A stretch of 64,000 nt of DNA, from the NCBI GenBank assembly GCA_964466455.1, contig CAYXNL010000002.1, positions 9,964 through 73,963 on the forward strand, in the 5' to 3' direction. The DNA comes from an uncultured Thiotrichaceae bacterium. GTDB taxonomy: Bacteria > Pseudomonadota > Gammaproteobacteria > SZUA-229. The first letter of the stretch is position 1. Every line of letters starts with the position of its first letter. A program made the position numbers and the translations under genes. The notes beneath the pieces are model-generated. The model worked only from the letters and a program-made list of their open reading frames with translations, was not told the origin of the DNA and did not search any database. Shown one piece after another: positions 53,816-64,000 of this stretch.

Positions 53816-54771
53816 GTAGCGTAACACAAACATCAACACGACTGACCTCCACATCAGCGGGTAAAGTTGTTGTATTGATGGGTGGTAGCTCGGCAGAACG
53901 TAATATTTCTCTACAAAGTGGTGCCGCCGTACTCGATGCGCTAAAGCATAACGGTATTGATGCGTATGGCGTGGATATGGATAAAAATATAGCACGGGTT
54001 TTAATGGAAGATAATTTTCAACGTGTTTTTATTATGTTACACGGTCGTGGTGGTGAGGATGGTACGATTCAGGGTTTACTGGAAGTCATGCAAATACCCT
54101 ATACCGGTTCCGGAGTCATGGCCTCAGCGCTGGCTATGGATAAATTACGTACCAAACAGATCTGGCAGGCAGCCGGTTTGCCGACACCGGCATATGTCGT
54201 GCTTGATACGGCACTTGACTGTGAACAGGCAATACAGTCTATCGGTTTACCAATGATTGTTAAGCCAGTACTGGAAGGTTCAAGTATTGGTATGAGTAAA
54301 GTTGAGCGGGCAGATGAATTAATTTATGCCTGGCAAAAGGCCAGCCAGTGTGGCGGTAGTGTTATTGCTGAAGAATGGGTAACAGGAAAAGAATATACCG
54401 CAGCCGTACTGGGTAATCAGGTGTTGCCCATGATTCATCTAAAAACATCTCATAAATTTTATGATTACGATGCAAAGTATGAAGCGCTGGATACGCAGTA
54501 TATCTGCCCCTGTAATCTAGGTGAAAAAGATGAACAGATACTTGCAGAGCTGATTATGCAGGCGTTTAAAACTGTTGGCGCAAGTGGCTGGGGTCGCGTG
54601 GATTTTATTGTAGATAATGAAGGCCAACCCTGGTTGATTGAAGTCAATACAGTACCGGGGATGACCGGGCACTCGCTGGTGCCGATGGCAGCAAAACAGG
54701 CCGGTATAGACTTTGATGAGCTGGCATTAAGAATTCTGCAAACATCATGGACAGGTAATAAAGGTAGATAA
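53812..54771 (+). CDS. ddl: D-alanine-D-alanine ligase
   Basis: 319 aa with an ATP-grasp fold, in the dcw-cluster position (ddlB-type). Confidence 0.9.
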   Translation: MSSVTQTSTRLTSTSAGKVVVLMGGSSAERNISLQSGAAVLDALKHNGIDAYGVDMDKNIARVLMEDNFQRVFIMLHGRGGEDGTIQGLLEVMQIPYTGSGVMASALAMDKLRTKQIWQAAGLPTPAYVVLDTALDCEQAIQSIGLPMIVKPVLEGSSIGMSKVERADELIYAWQKASQCGGSVIAEEWVTGKEYTAAVLGNQVLPMIHLKTSHKFYDYDAKYEALDTQYICPCNLGEKDEQILAELIMQAFKTVGASGWGRVDFIVDNEGQPWLIEVNTVPGMTGHSLVPMAAKQAGIDFDELALRILQTSWTGNKGR

Positions 54772-54773
54772 TA

Positions 54774-55712
54774 ATGCGACGCAAAAAAATATCACTGTAT
54801 ACCCGTCTGGCCGATACATGGCACTTTACTATCAGACATCTATTTGTCCTGGGTATTGTTGCTGGCGTAATAGTGGTGGCTATCTATACAAAAGAAAAAC
54901 AGTTTAAAACAGTGTTACCAATAAAGAATGTAAGTGTGGAAGGTCGTCTGATTCATCTTGATAGATCACAACTGGAAGCGAGTATTCTGCATACAGTTAA
55001 AGGGGGTTATTTCACACTGGACTTAAACCGGATTCGTAAACGTTTACTGGTAAATCCGTGGATAAGACGTGTATCGGTAAGACGGCACTGGCCGGCACAG
55101 TTGATTGTTACTATTGCAGAAAAAAAACCGGTCGCATACTGGAATCATAATGCTTTTATTAGTGCAGAAGGCGATGTGTTCAAACCAGCATCAATAGATA
55201 ATACGCTATTGTTGCCACAGATGTTTGGGCCGCAGGGGCAGTATAGAAAAGTGTGGATGTTTATGAATAAAATATATCAGCCACTGGCTTCAATGGCATT
55301 ACGGGTTAAGGTACTGTCACTTGATGACCGGCGGGCATGGAAACTGGTATTAACCAGTTTGTCAGATGAAAAGAGATATACAAAAAATAAATTTGAACAG
55401 AATAAAGATACGGTAGTTGTGCGGCTTGGCCGTAATGATACGCAGCGGCGTTTTGATCGTTTTGTACGGGTTTTTTCCAGTATCGGTAGCCTGGATTTAA
55501 GACAGATAAAATCGGTTGATATGCGTTATCCAAACGGGTTTGCTGTGTTAAAAAAAACAGTATTGAATAACGAAAACAGGATAAGTATGAAAAATAGGTT
55601 TTTTCATCCATCTGGTCTACATCAGCATAATAAAAAATATATAGCAATGATTAATGATAGCTTTAATACGCTGCTTAATTCAATACTGCCCGACAGTATT
55701 CAGAGGGTTTAA
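54774..55712 (+). CDS. ftsQ: Cell division protein FtsQ
   Basis: 312 aa with a single N-terminal TM, a POTRA domain and an FtsQ beta-domain, preceding ftsA. Confidence 0.8.
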   Translation: MRRKKISLYTRLADTWHFTIRHLFVLGIVAGVIVVAIYTKEKQFKTVLPIKNVSVEGRLIHLDRSQLEASILHTVKGGYFTLDLNRIRKRLLVNPWIRRVSVRRHWPAQLIVTIAEKKPVAYWNHNAFISAEGDVFKPASIDNTLLLPQMFGPQGQYRKVWMFMNKIYQPLASMALRVKVLSLDDRRAWKLVLTSLSDEKRYTKNKFEQNKDTVVVRLGRNDTQRRFDRFVRVFSSIGSLDLRQIKSVDMRYPNGFAVLKKTVLNNENRISMKNRFFHPSGLHQHNKKYIAMINDSFNTLLNSILPDSIQRV

Positions 55713-55716
55713 CAGT

Positions 55717-56952
55717 ATGAGTAAAAAGTTTGATAAAAAAATGTTAATTGGTCTGGATATTGGCACCTCAAAAGTTGTTGCCATCGTCGGTGAAGTGAAT
55801 GATGAAGGTGAAATCGAAATTATCGGTATTGGTTCACACGCCTCACACGGGTTAAAAAAGGGAGTGGTGGTTAATATCGAATCGACAGTTCAGTCTATTC
55901 AGCGTGCCGTTGAAGAGGCTGAGTTAATGGCAGGGTGTGAAATTCGTTCAGTTTATACAGGTATTGCCGGTAGCCATATTCGCAGTTTAAATTCACATGG
56001 CATTGTTGCGATTCGTGAACGTGAAGTGATGGAAGGGGATCTTGAGCGGGTAATTGATGCCGCACGGGCTGTTGCAATTCCGGCGGATCAGCGTGTACTA
56101 CATATCCTGCCACAGGAATTTATTATTGACGATCAGGAAGGTATTCGTGAACCGGTGGGTATGTCCGGTGTGCGGCTGGAAGCAAAAGTGCATCTGGTAA
56201 CCGGCGCTGTTGGTGCCGCACAGAATATTATTAAGTGTGTGCGTCGCTGTGGGCTGGAAGTAGATGACATAATTCTTGAACAACTGGCATCCAGTTATGC
56301 GGTACTTACGGAAGATGAAAAAGAACTGGGCGTTTGCCTGGTCGATATTGGTGGTGGTACTACCGATATTGCTGTTTTTTCAGATGGTGCTATTCGCCAT
56401 ACTGCAGTAATTCCCATTGCAGGCGATCAGGTAACCAATGATATCGCTGTGGCGTTACGTACGCCAACTCAGTATGCCAATGAAATAAAAATAAAATACG
56501 CCTGTGCTTTGCGCCAGTTGGCTAACCCGGAAGAAACAATTGAAGTACCCAGTGTGGGTGATCGCCCACCACGAAAATTGTCGCGGCAAACACTGGCCGA
56601 AGTGGTCGAGCCACGCTATGAAGAGCTACTAACACTGGTTCATGCCGAGTTGCAACGTAGTGGTTTTGAAGAAATTATCGCTGCTGGTGTGGTCCTTACG
56701 GGTGGCAGTTCAAAAATGGAAGGGGTTATTGATCTGGCTGAAGAGATTTTTCATGCACCGGTAAGGTTAGGCATGCCGCAGTATGTGTCTGGTCTTTCCG
56801 ATGTAGTAAAAAATCCAATTTATGCAACGGGTGTCGGTTTATTGCTGTTTGGTAACAAACATCGGGAATCAGGCACCAGTCATATAATGGGGGAAGGCGG
56901 AGTAAAGGGTATTCTGGAACGAATGAAGAGCTGGTTTCAGGGTAATTTTTAA
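55717..56952 (+). CDS. ftsA: Cell division protein FtsA
   Basis: 411 aa from ATG 55717 (MSKKFDKKMLIGLDIGTSK...). Actin-like ATPase. The track ORF start at 55654 overlaps ftsQ. Confidence 0.9.
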   Translation: MSKKFDKKMLIGLDIGTSKVVAIVGEVNDEGEIEIIGIGSHASHGLKKGVVVNIESTVQSIQRAVEEAELMAGCEIRSVYTGIAGSHIRSLNSHGIVAIREREVMEGDLERVIDAARAVAIPADQRVLHILPQEFIIDDQEGIREPVGMSGVRLEAKVHLVTGAVGAAQNIIKCVRRCGLEVDDIILEQLASSYAVLTEDEKELGVCLVDIGGGTTDIAVFSDGAIRHTAVIPIAGDQVTNDIAVALRTPTQYANEIKIKYACALRQLANPEETIEVPSVGDRPPRKLSRQTLAEVVEPRYEELLTLVHAELQRSGFEEIIAAGVVLTGGSSKMEGVIDLAEEIFHAPVRLGMPQYVSGLSDVVKNPIYATGVGLLLFGNKHRESGTSHIMGEGGVKGILERMKSWFQGNF

Positions 56953-57091
56953 GGTGAAAAATGGTTTTGTAATCGGCAGGAAAACAAGAGGAAAACGGCA
57001 ATAGAAAGCAGGTGTGGTGGAAAATATATAGCGGTGGAAAAAATAAATAGTAATTAGTGAATAACTGGTTGGTAAAACCTGTTATTCAGGT

Positions 57092-57130
57092 ATTTCTGAT
57101 CCGGTTCGCACTGGCGAATAGATCAGAAAT
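57092..57130 (+). promoter_or_regulatory. Perfect 10-bp inverted repeat hairpin in the ftsA-ftsZ spacer
   Basis: ATTTCTGATC-19 nt loop-GATCAGAAAT, inside an unusually long 230-bp ftsA-ftsZ intergenic region. Confidence 0.45.
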
Positions 57131-57183
57131 TTCCTAAATAAATAGATGATTAAAATATAATGTATTAATGGTGGAGAATAATT

Positions 57184-58359
57184 ATGCCTATGTTTGAATT
57201 GATGGACTCAGGTGCACAAGATGCAGTAATAAAAGTACTTGGCGTTGGTGGCGGTGGTGGTAACGCGGTACAGCATATGGTTAAAAGTGGTATTGATGGT
57301 GTTGAATTTATCTGTACTAATACCGATGCGCAGGCGCTGAGCAGGGTGGAAGGTGCAAGGTCATTACAGATTGGCAGCAACATAACAAAAGGTCTGGGAG
57401 CCGGAGCAACGCCAGAAGTTGGACAACAGGCGGCACTGGAAGATCGTGAATTAATCCAGGAGGCTATCATTGGTACCGATATGCTGTTTGTAACAGCCGG
57501 AATGGGTGGCGGTACGGGTACCGGTGCAGCACCAGTAGTAGCGCAGGTGGCCAGAGAAATGGGCATACTGGTTGTGGGTGTGGTTACCAAGCCGTTTGGT
57601 TTTGAAGGCCCGGCAAGGATGAAAATCGCCTTGCAGGGAATTAAAGAATTAAGTGTTCATGTCGATTCGCTGATTACCATTCCCAATGACAAACTGATGG
57701 ATGTTTATGGACGCGATTTTGATCTGATGAATGCTTTTAGTGGTGCCAATGACGTTCTTTGCGGAGCAGTGCAGGGTATTACTGAGTTGATTACCAATCC
57801 CGGTGTAATTAATGTTGACTTTGCTGACGTACGTACGGTGATGTCGAAGATGGGAATGGGAATGATGGGGTCTGGTAAGGCATGCGGTGAAATGCGTGCC
57901 CAGGAAGCGGCTGAAGCGGCCATTGCCAGCCCGCTTCTGGAAGATGTTAATTTGCATGGTGCACAGGGCATACTGGTGAATGTAACTGGTGCCAATATGA
58001 CTCTCGGTGAATTTCAGGATATCGGTTCGGTCATTAATGGTTTTGCTTCTGAGGATGCAACCGTGGTTATGGGTACGGCCATTGATGAATCACTGGAAGG
58101 TGAAATTCGCGTCACCGTCGTTGCGACTGGGTTAGGTCATTGTGCTGCGGCCTATCAAGCTGCACCGACTGCGTCTTCGCAGACACCGGCAAAGATAAAA
58201 GTGGTTAAACCGGAACCGGCGGAAACTGAAGTGCCAGATGAAATATTACCCCCCCTGGCACCCGCTCGTAAACAGGTCAGAGAAGCCGTTACAGCTGACG
58301 GGGCGTATGATGAAAAACTTCTGGATATTCCGGCATTTTTACGTCGTCAGGCGGACTAA
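57184..58359 (+). CDS. ftsZ: Cell division GTPase FtsZ
   Basis: 391 aa with the tubulin signature GGGTGTG and a conserved C-terminal peptide ([11 protein letters not shown]). Confidence 0.95.
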   Translation: MPMFELMDSGAQDAVIKVLGVGGGGGNAVQHMVKSGIDGVEFICTNTDAQALSRVEGARSLQIGSNITKGLGAGATPEVGQQAALEDRELIQEAIIGTDMLFVTAGMGGGTGTGAAPVVAQVAREMGILVVGVVTKPFGFEGPARMKIALQGIKELSVHVDSLITIPNDKLMDVYGRDFDLMNAFSGANDVLCGAVQGITELITNPGVINVDFADVRTVMSKMGMGMMGSGKACGEMRAQEAAEAAIASPLLEDVNLHGAQGILVNVTGANMTLGEFQDIGSVINGFASEDATVVMGTAIDESLEGEIRVTVVATGLGHCAAAYQAAPTASSQTPAKIKVVKPEPAETEVPDEILPPLAPARKQVREAVTADGAYDEKLLDIPAFLRRQAD

Positions 58360-58660
58360 TTCTGGATGAAAACAGGCAATAGTACCAGTTCGATACAGTT
58401 GTTCGTCGATGGGCAGGGTCTTATCTGCGGGAGGCGGGATGATACTCGCTCAGATAATGCTATACTCGGGTACAAAAGGGAAATTTACATGTTAAGAATG
58501 TGGATTTAAATATTCGGCTTTTAATTTACCGGTTAAATGTGTGATAATACCGTGAGTTATACTCGTAAGGATGTCGCTATTGATTGTAGCGCAGTACACA
58601 TCGTTGTGCGAGATGCCGAGCTTATTTTTATAAACTATTGATTTTACTAGGTTTTGACTA

Positions 58661-59575
58661 TTGATTAAGCAGAGAACATTAAAAAATGTAATTCGTGCCA
58701 CAGGTGTTGGCCTGCACTCCGGCGAGAAGGTCTATCTGACTTTGCGTCCTGCACAGCCCGACACAGGTGTCGTTTTTCGGCGTATTGACTTAAACGAGCC
58801 GGTCGAAATCAGAGCGAATGCGCAAAATGTAGGTGCTACCATGCTATCCACTACACTTGAGCAGGATGGTGTCAGTGTTTCTACGGTGGAGCATTTACTC
58901 TCGGCTATGGCAGGTCTGGGTATTGATAATGTATATGTAGATGTCAGTGCTGGCGAAGTACCAATTATGGATGGTAGCTCGGGGCCCTTTGTTTTTCTGA
59001 TACAGTCTGCCGGTATTGTTGAACAGGACGTGCCCAAGCGATTTATTCGCATCAAAAAATCTATTATTGTTGAAGAAGAGGGTAAATGGGCACGGTTTGA
59101 TCCTTTTGATGGATTTAAGGTCAGCTTTGCCATTGACTTTGATCATCCGGCTTTTAAAGATGCTCCCTGCACCGCAGAAATTGATTTTTCAACCACTTCC
59201 TTTGTAAAAGAAGTGAGTCGGGCGCGTACGTTTGGTTTTATGAGTGATATTGAAGCGCTACGAAAAAATAACCTGGCGCTAGGTGGCAGTATCGAAAATG
59301 CCGTGGTGGTAGACGAGTACCGGGTGCTGAATGAAGACGGCTTACGTTATGAAGATGAGTTTGTCAAACACAAGATACTTGATGCTATAGGCGATCTTTA
59401 CCTGCTTGGGCATAGCTCTATTGGCGCTTTTTCCGGTTACCGTTCTGGTCATGCGCTAAATAATAAGTTGTTAAAAGCATTATGTACCGACCTGGATGCC
59501 TGGGAAGAAGTTACCTTTGAAGATGAGAAAGCCTCTTCACCGATATCCTACACACAACCCCTGCAAACTTTTTAG
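58661..59575 (+). CDS. lpxC: UDP-3-O-acyl-GlcNAc deacetylase
   Basis: 304 aa, LpxC family ([21 protein letters not shown], HxxxxGDL), following ftsZ. Confidence 0.9.
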   Translation: MIKQRTLKNVIRATGVGLHSGEKVYLTLRPAQPDTGVVFRRIDLNEPVEIRANAQNVGATMLSTTLEQDGVSVSTVEHLLSAMAGLGIDNVYVDVSAGEVPIMDGSSGPFVFLIQSAGIVEQDVPKRFIRIKKSIIVEEEGKWARFDPFDGFKVSFAIDFDHPAFKDAPCTAEIDFSTTSFVKEVSRARTFGFMSDIEALRKNNLALGGSIENAVVVDEYRVLNEDGLRYEDEFVKHKILDAIGDLYLLGHSSIGAFSGYRSGHALNNKLLKALCTDLDAWEEVTFEDEKASSPISYTQPLQTF

Positions 59576-59730
59576 TAAAGTCTGACGCTACTTTTTCAAT
59601 CTCTTAGGGTTAATTCCCCGCAGTTTGCGACGGGTAGTTTATTGAGATGGCTGTGAGTTATACCGATAGTAGTGTTAGCGGTAAAAGTGGTACGGGGTCT
59701 GTAAATAATAAATGTGCAGGAAAAATGACA

Positions 59731-60198
59731 TTAGTGAATGTGTCTGGAAAGCCGTTTTAACACATCGCTGAGTTTATCGTCGTTTATAAAACTAGCGGTC
59801 TGAGTAAGTAGTGATGCCGTTTTTTTGCTTATATGTCGTTGAAATTCAGGTGTTTTTTCGGCTCTCGTGGGTGCTTGTGCTGATATCTGAACAGGTCTCG
59901 TTAGTACCTGAATATGCTTAAGGCTGGCAGGGATAACTGTATTTAGCCGGGCTTTATAGGTATTAGCCAGCCTTTCTGCATGTAACGACCTGATCATCTG
60001 TGGTGCCAGCTGGCGCAGTTTTGTTGCCCAGACAGGTGAGTCGGTGAGAACAGACAAAGTCTGTTGAGAAACCTTTACCACATGAAAATGCAGGTGTATC
60101 GATGCCGGCATTGTCTGTCGCAAAATATGTGTAATAAGAGACAGATTTTTTACCCTGCGGAGCATATCAGGGTCTAATTGTTCAAAAATTGACTTCAT
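59731..60198 (-). CDS. DUF721-family protein (DciA-like candidate)
   Basis: 155 aa. The central pattern TLSVLTDSPVWATKLRQLAPQMIRSL fits DUF721. Its position between lpxC and an M23 peptidase/secA mirrors Pseudomonas. Confidence 0.55.
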   Translation of the reverse strand: MKSIFEQLDPDMLRRVKNLSLITHILRQTMPASIHLHFHVVKVSQQTLSVLTDSPVWATKLRQLAPQMIRSLHAERLANTYKARLNTVIPASLKHIQVLTRPVQISAQAPTRAEKTPEFQRHISKKTASLLTQTASFINDDKLSDVLKRLSRHIH

Positions 60199-60262
60199 TG
60201 TAAAAAAATAACGGATACATTGTCTATACTTAAGCTAATCATTTCATCAGAACTTAACACAT

Positions 60263-61174
60263 ATGAATATTATTTTCGTTGGTAAATTCAGAGGCAAGCC
60301 ACTTTGTTGCCAGATAGATAACACAAGGCAGATGTTTCTCTATTTTGGTCTAATCGGTATAATTGCTATTTCACTAGTTTTTAGCGGCTACTGGTTTGGC
60401 GCTCGGCGTACTTCAACAAAGAATCTGGCCGCACTAAAAAACGATATTTCTGTTCAGAAGGATATGATCAAACAGGCACGGTTGAATGCTAAGACAGATC
60501 TTGATGCACTGGCCATGCGAATTGGTAAGATGCAGGCGAATGTTATTCGTTTGAACGCATTGGGCAAACGCCTGATCAAGGTTGCCAAACTGGATAAAAA
60601 AGAATTTAACTTTGATAAGCCGCCAGCATACGGTGGTCCGGCAGAACCTGAAAGCCAGGTTCCTGTTAACTTTACTAATGTTGTCAGTACGTTGAATACT
60701 GAACTTAATAGTCGTGAGTCACAACTTACGATACTGGAAAATATTCTGCTTAATCGCCAGGTAGTGGCTGAAACCACGCCCAGTGGACGTCCCATTCTCA
60801 AAGGCAAAGGCTGGACTTCTTCCTACTTTGGTATGCGTATTGATCCATTTACCGGTAAGCTGGCGATGCATAAGGGGATGGATTTTGCGGGCAAGGAAGG
60901 TAGCAAGGTAATTGCTGCGGCCAGTGGTATTGTTACCTGGGCCGGCCCCAGATCTGGCTATGGTAATCTGATCGAAATTGACCACGGTAACGGCTATGCC
61001 ACACGCTATGGTCATAATGAGAAGGTGCTGGTAAAGGTAGGAGAAAAGGTTAATAAAGGTCAGGTTATTTCACTAATGGGGTCAACTGGGCGTTCCACAG
61101 GACCTCATGTTCATTTTGAAGTCCTGAAAAATAACCGCCAGATCAATCCTGCCAGATTTGTTGCAGCAAAATAG
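60263..61174 (+). CDS. M23-family metallopeptidase with N-terminal TM and coiled-coil region (EnvC/NlpD-like)
   Basis: C-terminal LytM domain (HKGMDFAG, IDHGNGYATRYGHN, GSTGRSTGPHVHFEV). The start may instead be at ATG 60332 (MFLYFGLIG...). Confidence 0.8.
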   Translation: MNIIFVGKFRGKPLCCQIDNTRQMFLYFGLIGIIAISLVFSGYWFGARRTSTKNLAALKNDISVQKDMIKQARLNAKTDLDALAMRIGKMQANVIRLNALGKRLIKVAKLDKKEFNFDKPPAYGGPAEPESQVPVNFTNVVSTLNTELNSRESQLTILENILLNRQVVAETTPSGRPILKGKGWTSSYFGMRIDPFTGKLAMHKGMDFAGKEGSKVIAAASGIVTWAGPRSGYGNLIEIDHGNGYATRYGHNEKVLVKVGEKVNKGQVISLMGSTGRSTGPHVHFEVLKNNRQINPARFVAAK

Positions 61175-61260
61175 ATCATATCGTCTTCATAATGACAAAC
61201 AGACGGCCAGAAGATAGACCGACCGTCAGAGATTAAATTTTATTCAGGTTATAGAATTAA

Positions 61261-63981
61261 ATGTTAGTAAATGCAGTACGTAAGGTTTTTGGCAGTCGTA
61301 ATGACCGGGTTATCAGTAAGCATCTGAAAGTAGTTAGTCGGATTAACGCACTGGAGCCTGAATTTGAGAGTTTGAGTGATGAGCAGCTAGCGGCCAAAAC
61401 ACTTGAATTCCGTCAGCGTTATGAGGCAGGAGAAACGCTGGATCAGTTACTGCCTGAAGCCTTTGCAACGGTAAGGGAATCGGGTCGGCGGGTTCTGGGT
61501 ATGCGTCATTTTGATGTCCAGCTTGTTGGTGGTATGGTGTTGCATAGTGGCAAAATTGCTGAAATGCGTACGGGTGAAGGGAAAACACTGGTGGCAACAC
61601 TGGCCTGCTATCTAAATGCATTATCCTGTAAAGGCGTGCATGTTGTTACGGTTAATGACTATCTTGCCAAACGGGATGCAGAATGGATGAGTCGGCTATA
61701 CAACTTTCTTGGTCTGACTACCGGTGTCAGTATCTCCGGCATGGATCCAGTGGCTAAAAAGCAGGCATACGAAGCAGATATTACCTATGGCACCAACAAC
61801 GAGTTTGGTTTTGATTATCTGCGCGATAATATGACCTTTACTGCCGAAGAAAAAGTACAGCGTGAGCTTAACTTTGCCATTGTTGATGAGGTTGATTCAA
61901 TTTTAATTGATGAAGCTCGGACACCGCTCATTATTTCTGGCGCCGTGAGTGATAGCAATGATTTTCACGTACACTTCAAGGATATTGTCACAAGACTTGA
62001 GCAGGGCAGGAAGACAGAAAAAGATGAGCCGGAAGAAGGCGATTTTTCTGTGGATGAAAAAGATCGCAATGTCCATATTACTGAACAGGGACATCAGAAA
62101 ATAGAGCGTATTCTGGTTGATGAAGGTATTCTTGGTGAGAATGACAGCCTCTATAGTGCGACCAATATTAATCTTTTACATTACCTTAATGCCGCCCTGC
62201 GTGCGCTGGTACTGTATCAGGATAATGTACATTATATCGTACGTGATAATCAGGTTATTATCGTCGATGAATTTACCGGACGAACCATGGAAGGACGACG
62301 CTGGTCTGATGGCCTGCATCAGGCTGTCGAAGCAAAAGAAGGCGTGGATATTCAGCAGGAGAACCAGACGCTTGCCTCCATTACCTTTCAGAACTATTTT
62401 CGTCTCTACGACAAATTATCGGGGATGACCGGTACGGCTGATACGGAAGCGGAAGAGCTGTTACAGATCTACAGCCTTGAGGTTGTTATTATCCCGACCA
62501 ACAAACCGATGGCTCGCACCGATCATACTGATCAGGTGTTCCTCACTACGGAGGAAAAATTCGAGGCGATTATTGCCGATATCAAAAACTGCGTTGAAAA
62601 AAATCAGCCAGTGCTGGTTGGTACTGCCTCGATTGATGTTTCTGAATTGCTTTCAAAAAAGCTTAACGCAGCAAAAATTACACACAATGTGTTAAATGCA
62701 AAACAGCATGAAAATGAAGCCCATATTATTGAAAACGCCGGTTGCTCCAGTACGGTAACTATTGCAACAAATATGGCGGGTCGTGGTACTGATATTGTAC
62801 TGGGCGGTAATCTTGAGGCATCATTGGTGGCACAACCCGATGCAGGCGAAGAAGCACAGCAGCAGATTCGCGAACAGTGGGAAATAAGCCATCAGAAAGT
62901 GCTGGACGCTGGTGGTCTGCATGTTATCGGTAGTGAACGTCATGAATCAAGGCGGATTGACAATCAGCTTCGTGGACGTTCGGGTCGTCAGGGTGATCCA
63001 GGTTCAAGTCGTTTTTATCTTTCCCTACAAGATGATCTGATGCGTATTTTTGCATCGGATAAGGTTAGTGGGCTGATGAAAAAACTAGGGATGGAACAGG
63101 GTGAAGCAATTGAACACCCGTGGGTGAACCGGGCTATTGAAAATGCACAGCGTAAGGTAGAGGGGCATAACTACGATATTCGTAAACAGCTCCTGGAATA
63201 TGACAATGTTGCTAATGACCAGCGGCGTGTTATTTATAAGCAACGCAATGAAATGATGGCTGAAGCTGATCTGTCCGCAACCGTTGAAGTGATTCGTGAG
63301 GAGATGATAAATAATGCCATTACGCAATATATTCCGCCTGGCAGTCTGGATGAGCAATGGAATATCCCGGGGCTGGAAAATGTATTTGAGGAAGAATTTG
63401 GTCTGAAAATGCCGTTGGCAGACTGGTTGGATCAGGATAATATGCTAAGTGAAAGTGGTCTGCGTAAACGTATTTTACAGACTCTGGTCGATGACTATAA
63501 AACGAAGGAACAGATTGTTGGTGAAGAGGGCATGCGTGCCTATGAAAAGCATGTTATGTTGAATGTACTGGATCGTCTATGGAAAGAACACCTGGCAGCA
63601 ATGGATTATTTGCGGCAGAGCATTGGTCTGCGTGGTTATGCCCAGAAAGACCCGAAACAGGAATATAAACTTGAATCGTTTGAAATGTTTACGGAAATGC
63701 TGGAACAGATAAAGTACGAAGTAGTCACTATTCTTTCGAAAGTAAAAATTCAGGATAGTGAAGAAGTAGAGCAGCTGGAAGCGAATGAAAATCCACAGGT
63801 GCAGAATATAAATTACCAGCATGCAGATAGTGCGCCCATCGGCCAGGAGAGCGCGGTTGATGAAAACGTTGCCCCACCAGCACAGCCATATCAGCGTAGT
63901 GGGAGAAAAATTGGTCGCAATGAACCCTGTCACTGCGGTTCAGGAAAGAAATACAAACACTGTCACGGTAAACTGAAGTAG
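61261..63981 (+). CDS. secA: Preprotein translocase ATPase SecA
   Basis: 906 aa with DEAD-like motor domains and a C-terminal zinc-binding tail [14 protein letters not shown]. Confidence 0.95.
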   Translation: MLVNAVRKVFGSRNDRVISKHLKVVSRINALEPEFESLSDEQLAAKTLEFRQRYEAGETLDQLLPEAFATVRESGRRVLGMRHFDVQLVGGMVLHSGKIAEMRTGEGKTLVATLACYLNALSCKGVHVVTVNDYLAKRDAEWMSRLYNFLGLTTGVSISGMDPVAKKQAYEADITYGTNNEFGFDYLRDNMTFTAEEKVQRELNFAIVDEVDSILIDEARTPLIISGAVSDSNDFHVHFKDIVTRLEQGRKTEKDEPEEGDFSVDEKDRNVHITEQGHQKIERILVDEGILGENDSLYSATNINLLHYLNAALRALVLYQDNVHYIVRDNQVIIVDEFTGRTMEGRRWSDGLHQAVEAKEGVDIQQENQTLASITFQNYFRLYDKLSGMTGTADTEAEELLQIYSLEVVIIPTNKPMARTDHTDQVFLTTEEKFEAIIADIKNCVEKNQPVLVGTASIDVSELLSKKLNAAKITHNVLNAKQHENEAHIIENAGCSSTVTIATNMAGRGTDIVLGGNLEASLVAQPDAGEEAQQQIREQWEISHQKVLDAGGLHVIGSERHESRRIDNQLRGRSGRQGDPGSSRFYLSLQDDLMRIFASDKVSGLMKKLGMEQGEAIEHPWVNRAIENAQRKVEGHNYDIRKQLLEYDNVANDQRRVIYKQRNEMMAEADLSATVEVIREEMINNAITQYIPPGSLDEQWNIPGLENVFEEEFGLKMPLADWLDQDNMLSESGLRKRILQTLVDDYKTKEQIVGEEGMRAYEKHVMLNVLDRLWKEHLAAMDYLRQSIGLRGYAQKDPKQEYKLESFEMFTEMLEQIKYEVVTILSKVKIQDSEEVEQLEANENPQVQNINYQHADSAPIGQESAVDENVAPPAQPYQRSGRKIGRNEPCHCGSGKKYKHCHGKLK

Positions 63982-64000
63982 TCATATCTTATGTCAGTAG

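Overview
This 64-kb window looks like chromosomal core DNA from an AT-rich gammaproteobacterium with Pseudomonas-like gene order. Nearly every base is accounted for by conserved housekeeping genes in well-known syntenic blocks. On the minus strand: mgtE; a regulatory PTS module (ptsI, HPr, EIIA-Man-family protein, rapZ, hprK, ptsN) with hpf and rpoN; lptBAC-kdsCD-yrbG. On the plus strand: mlaFEDCB-murA-hisG-hisD, an Hsp20 gene inserted on the minus strand before hisC, a DegS/AlgW-like protease, and petABC-sspAB. Then diaA-yraN-lpoA divergent from rsmI; accCB-aroQ, a TlpA-like thioredoxin and dsbD; fxsA-groES-groEL; an RNase P RNA gene (rnpB); the full division/cell-wall cluster mraZ-rsmH-ftsL-ftsI-murEF-mraY-murD-ftsW-murGCB-ddl-ftsQAZ-lpxC; a DUF721 (DciA-like) gene, an M23 peptidase gene and secA. 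I found no transposase, integrase, CRISPR array, toxin/defence-like cassette or orphan accessory island, and I cannot honestly point to a novel protein-coding system. The signals most worth a second look are non-coding. (1) A roughly 140-bp imperfect-palindromic, MITE/ERIC/Correia-like repeat in two direct copies (1438-1578 and 27771-27910), each just upstream of a minus-strand gene (mgtE, diaA) and shaped like a bidirectional terminator. (2) A complete permease-less regulatory PTS including HprK clustered with rpoN. (3) An unusually long, ORF-free 528-bp leader between rnpB and mraZ carrying a textbook three-repeat GTGGG MraZ operator. (4) groESL with both a sigma32-type promoter and a perfect CIRCE/HrcA operator. 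(5) An Hsp20 gene with a sigma32-type promoter splitting the his cluster. (6) A 230-bp ftsA-ftsZ spacer with a perfect 10-bp hairpin. There are also several short tandem or direct repeats in divergent promoter regions. Gene starts for hprK, yrbG, murA, hisG, hisD, petA, lpoA, fxsA and ftsA were re-placed at internal start codons because the raw ORFs over-extend upstream.
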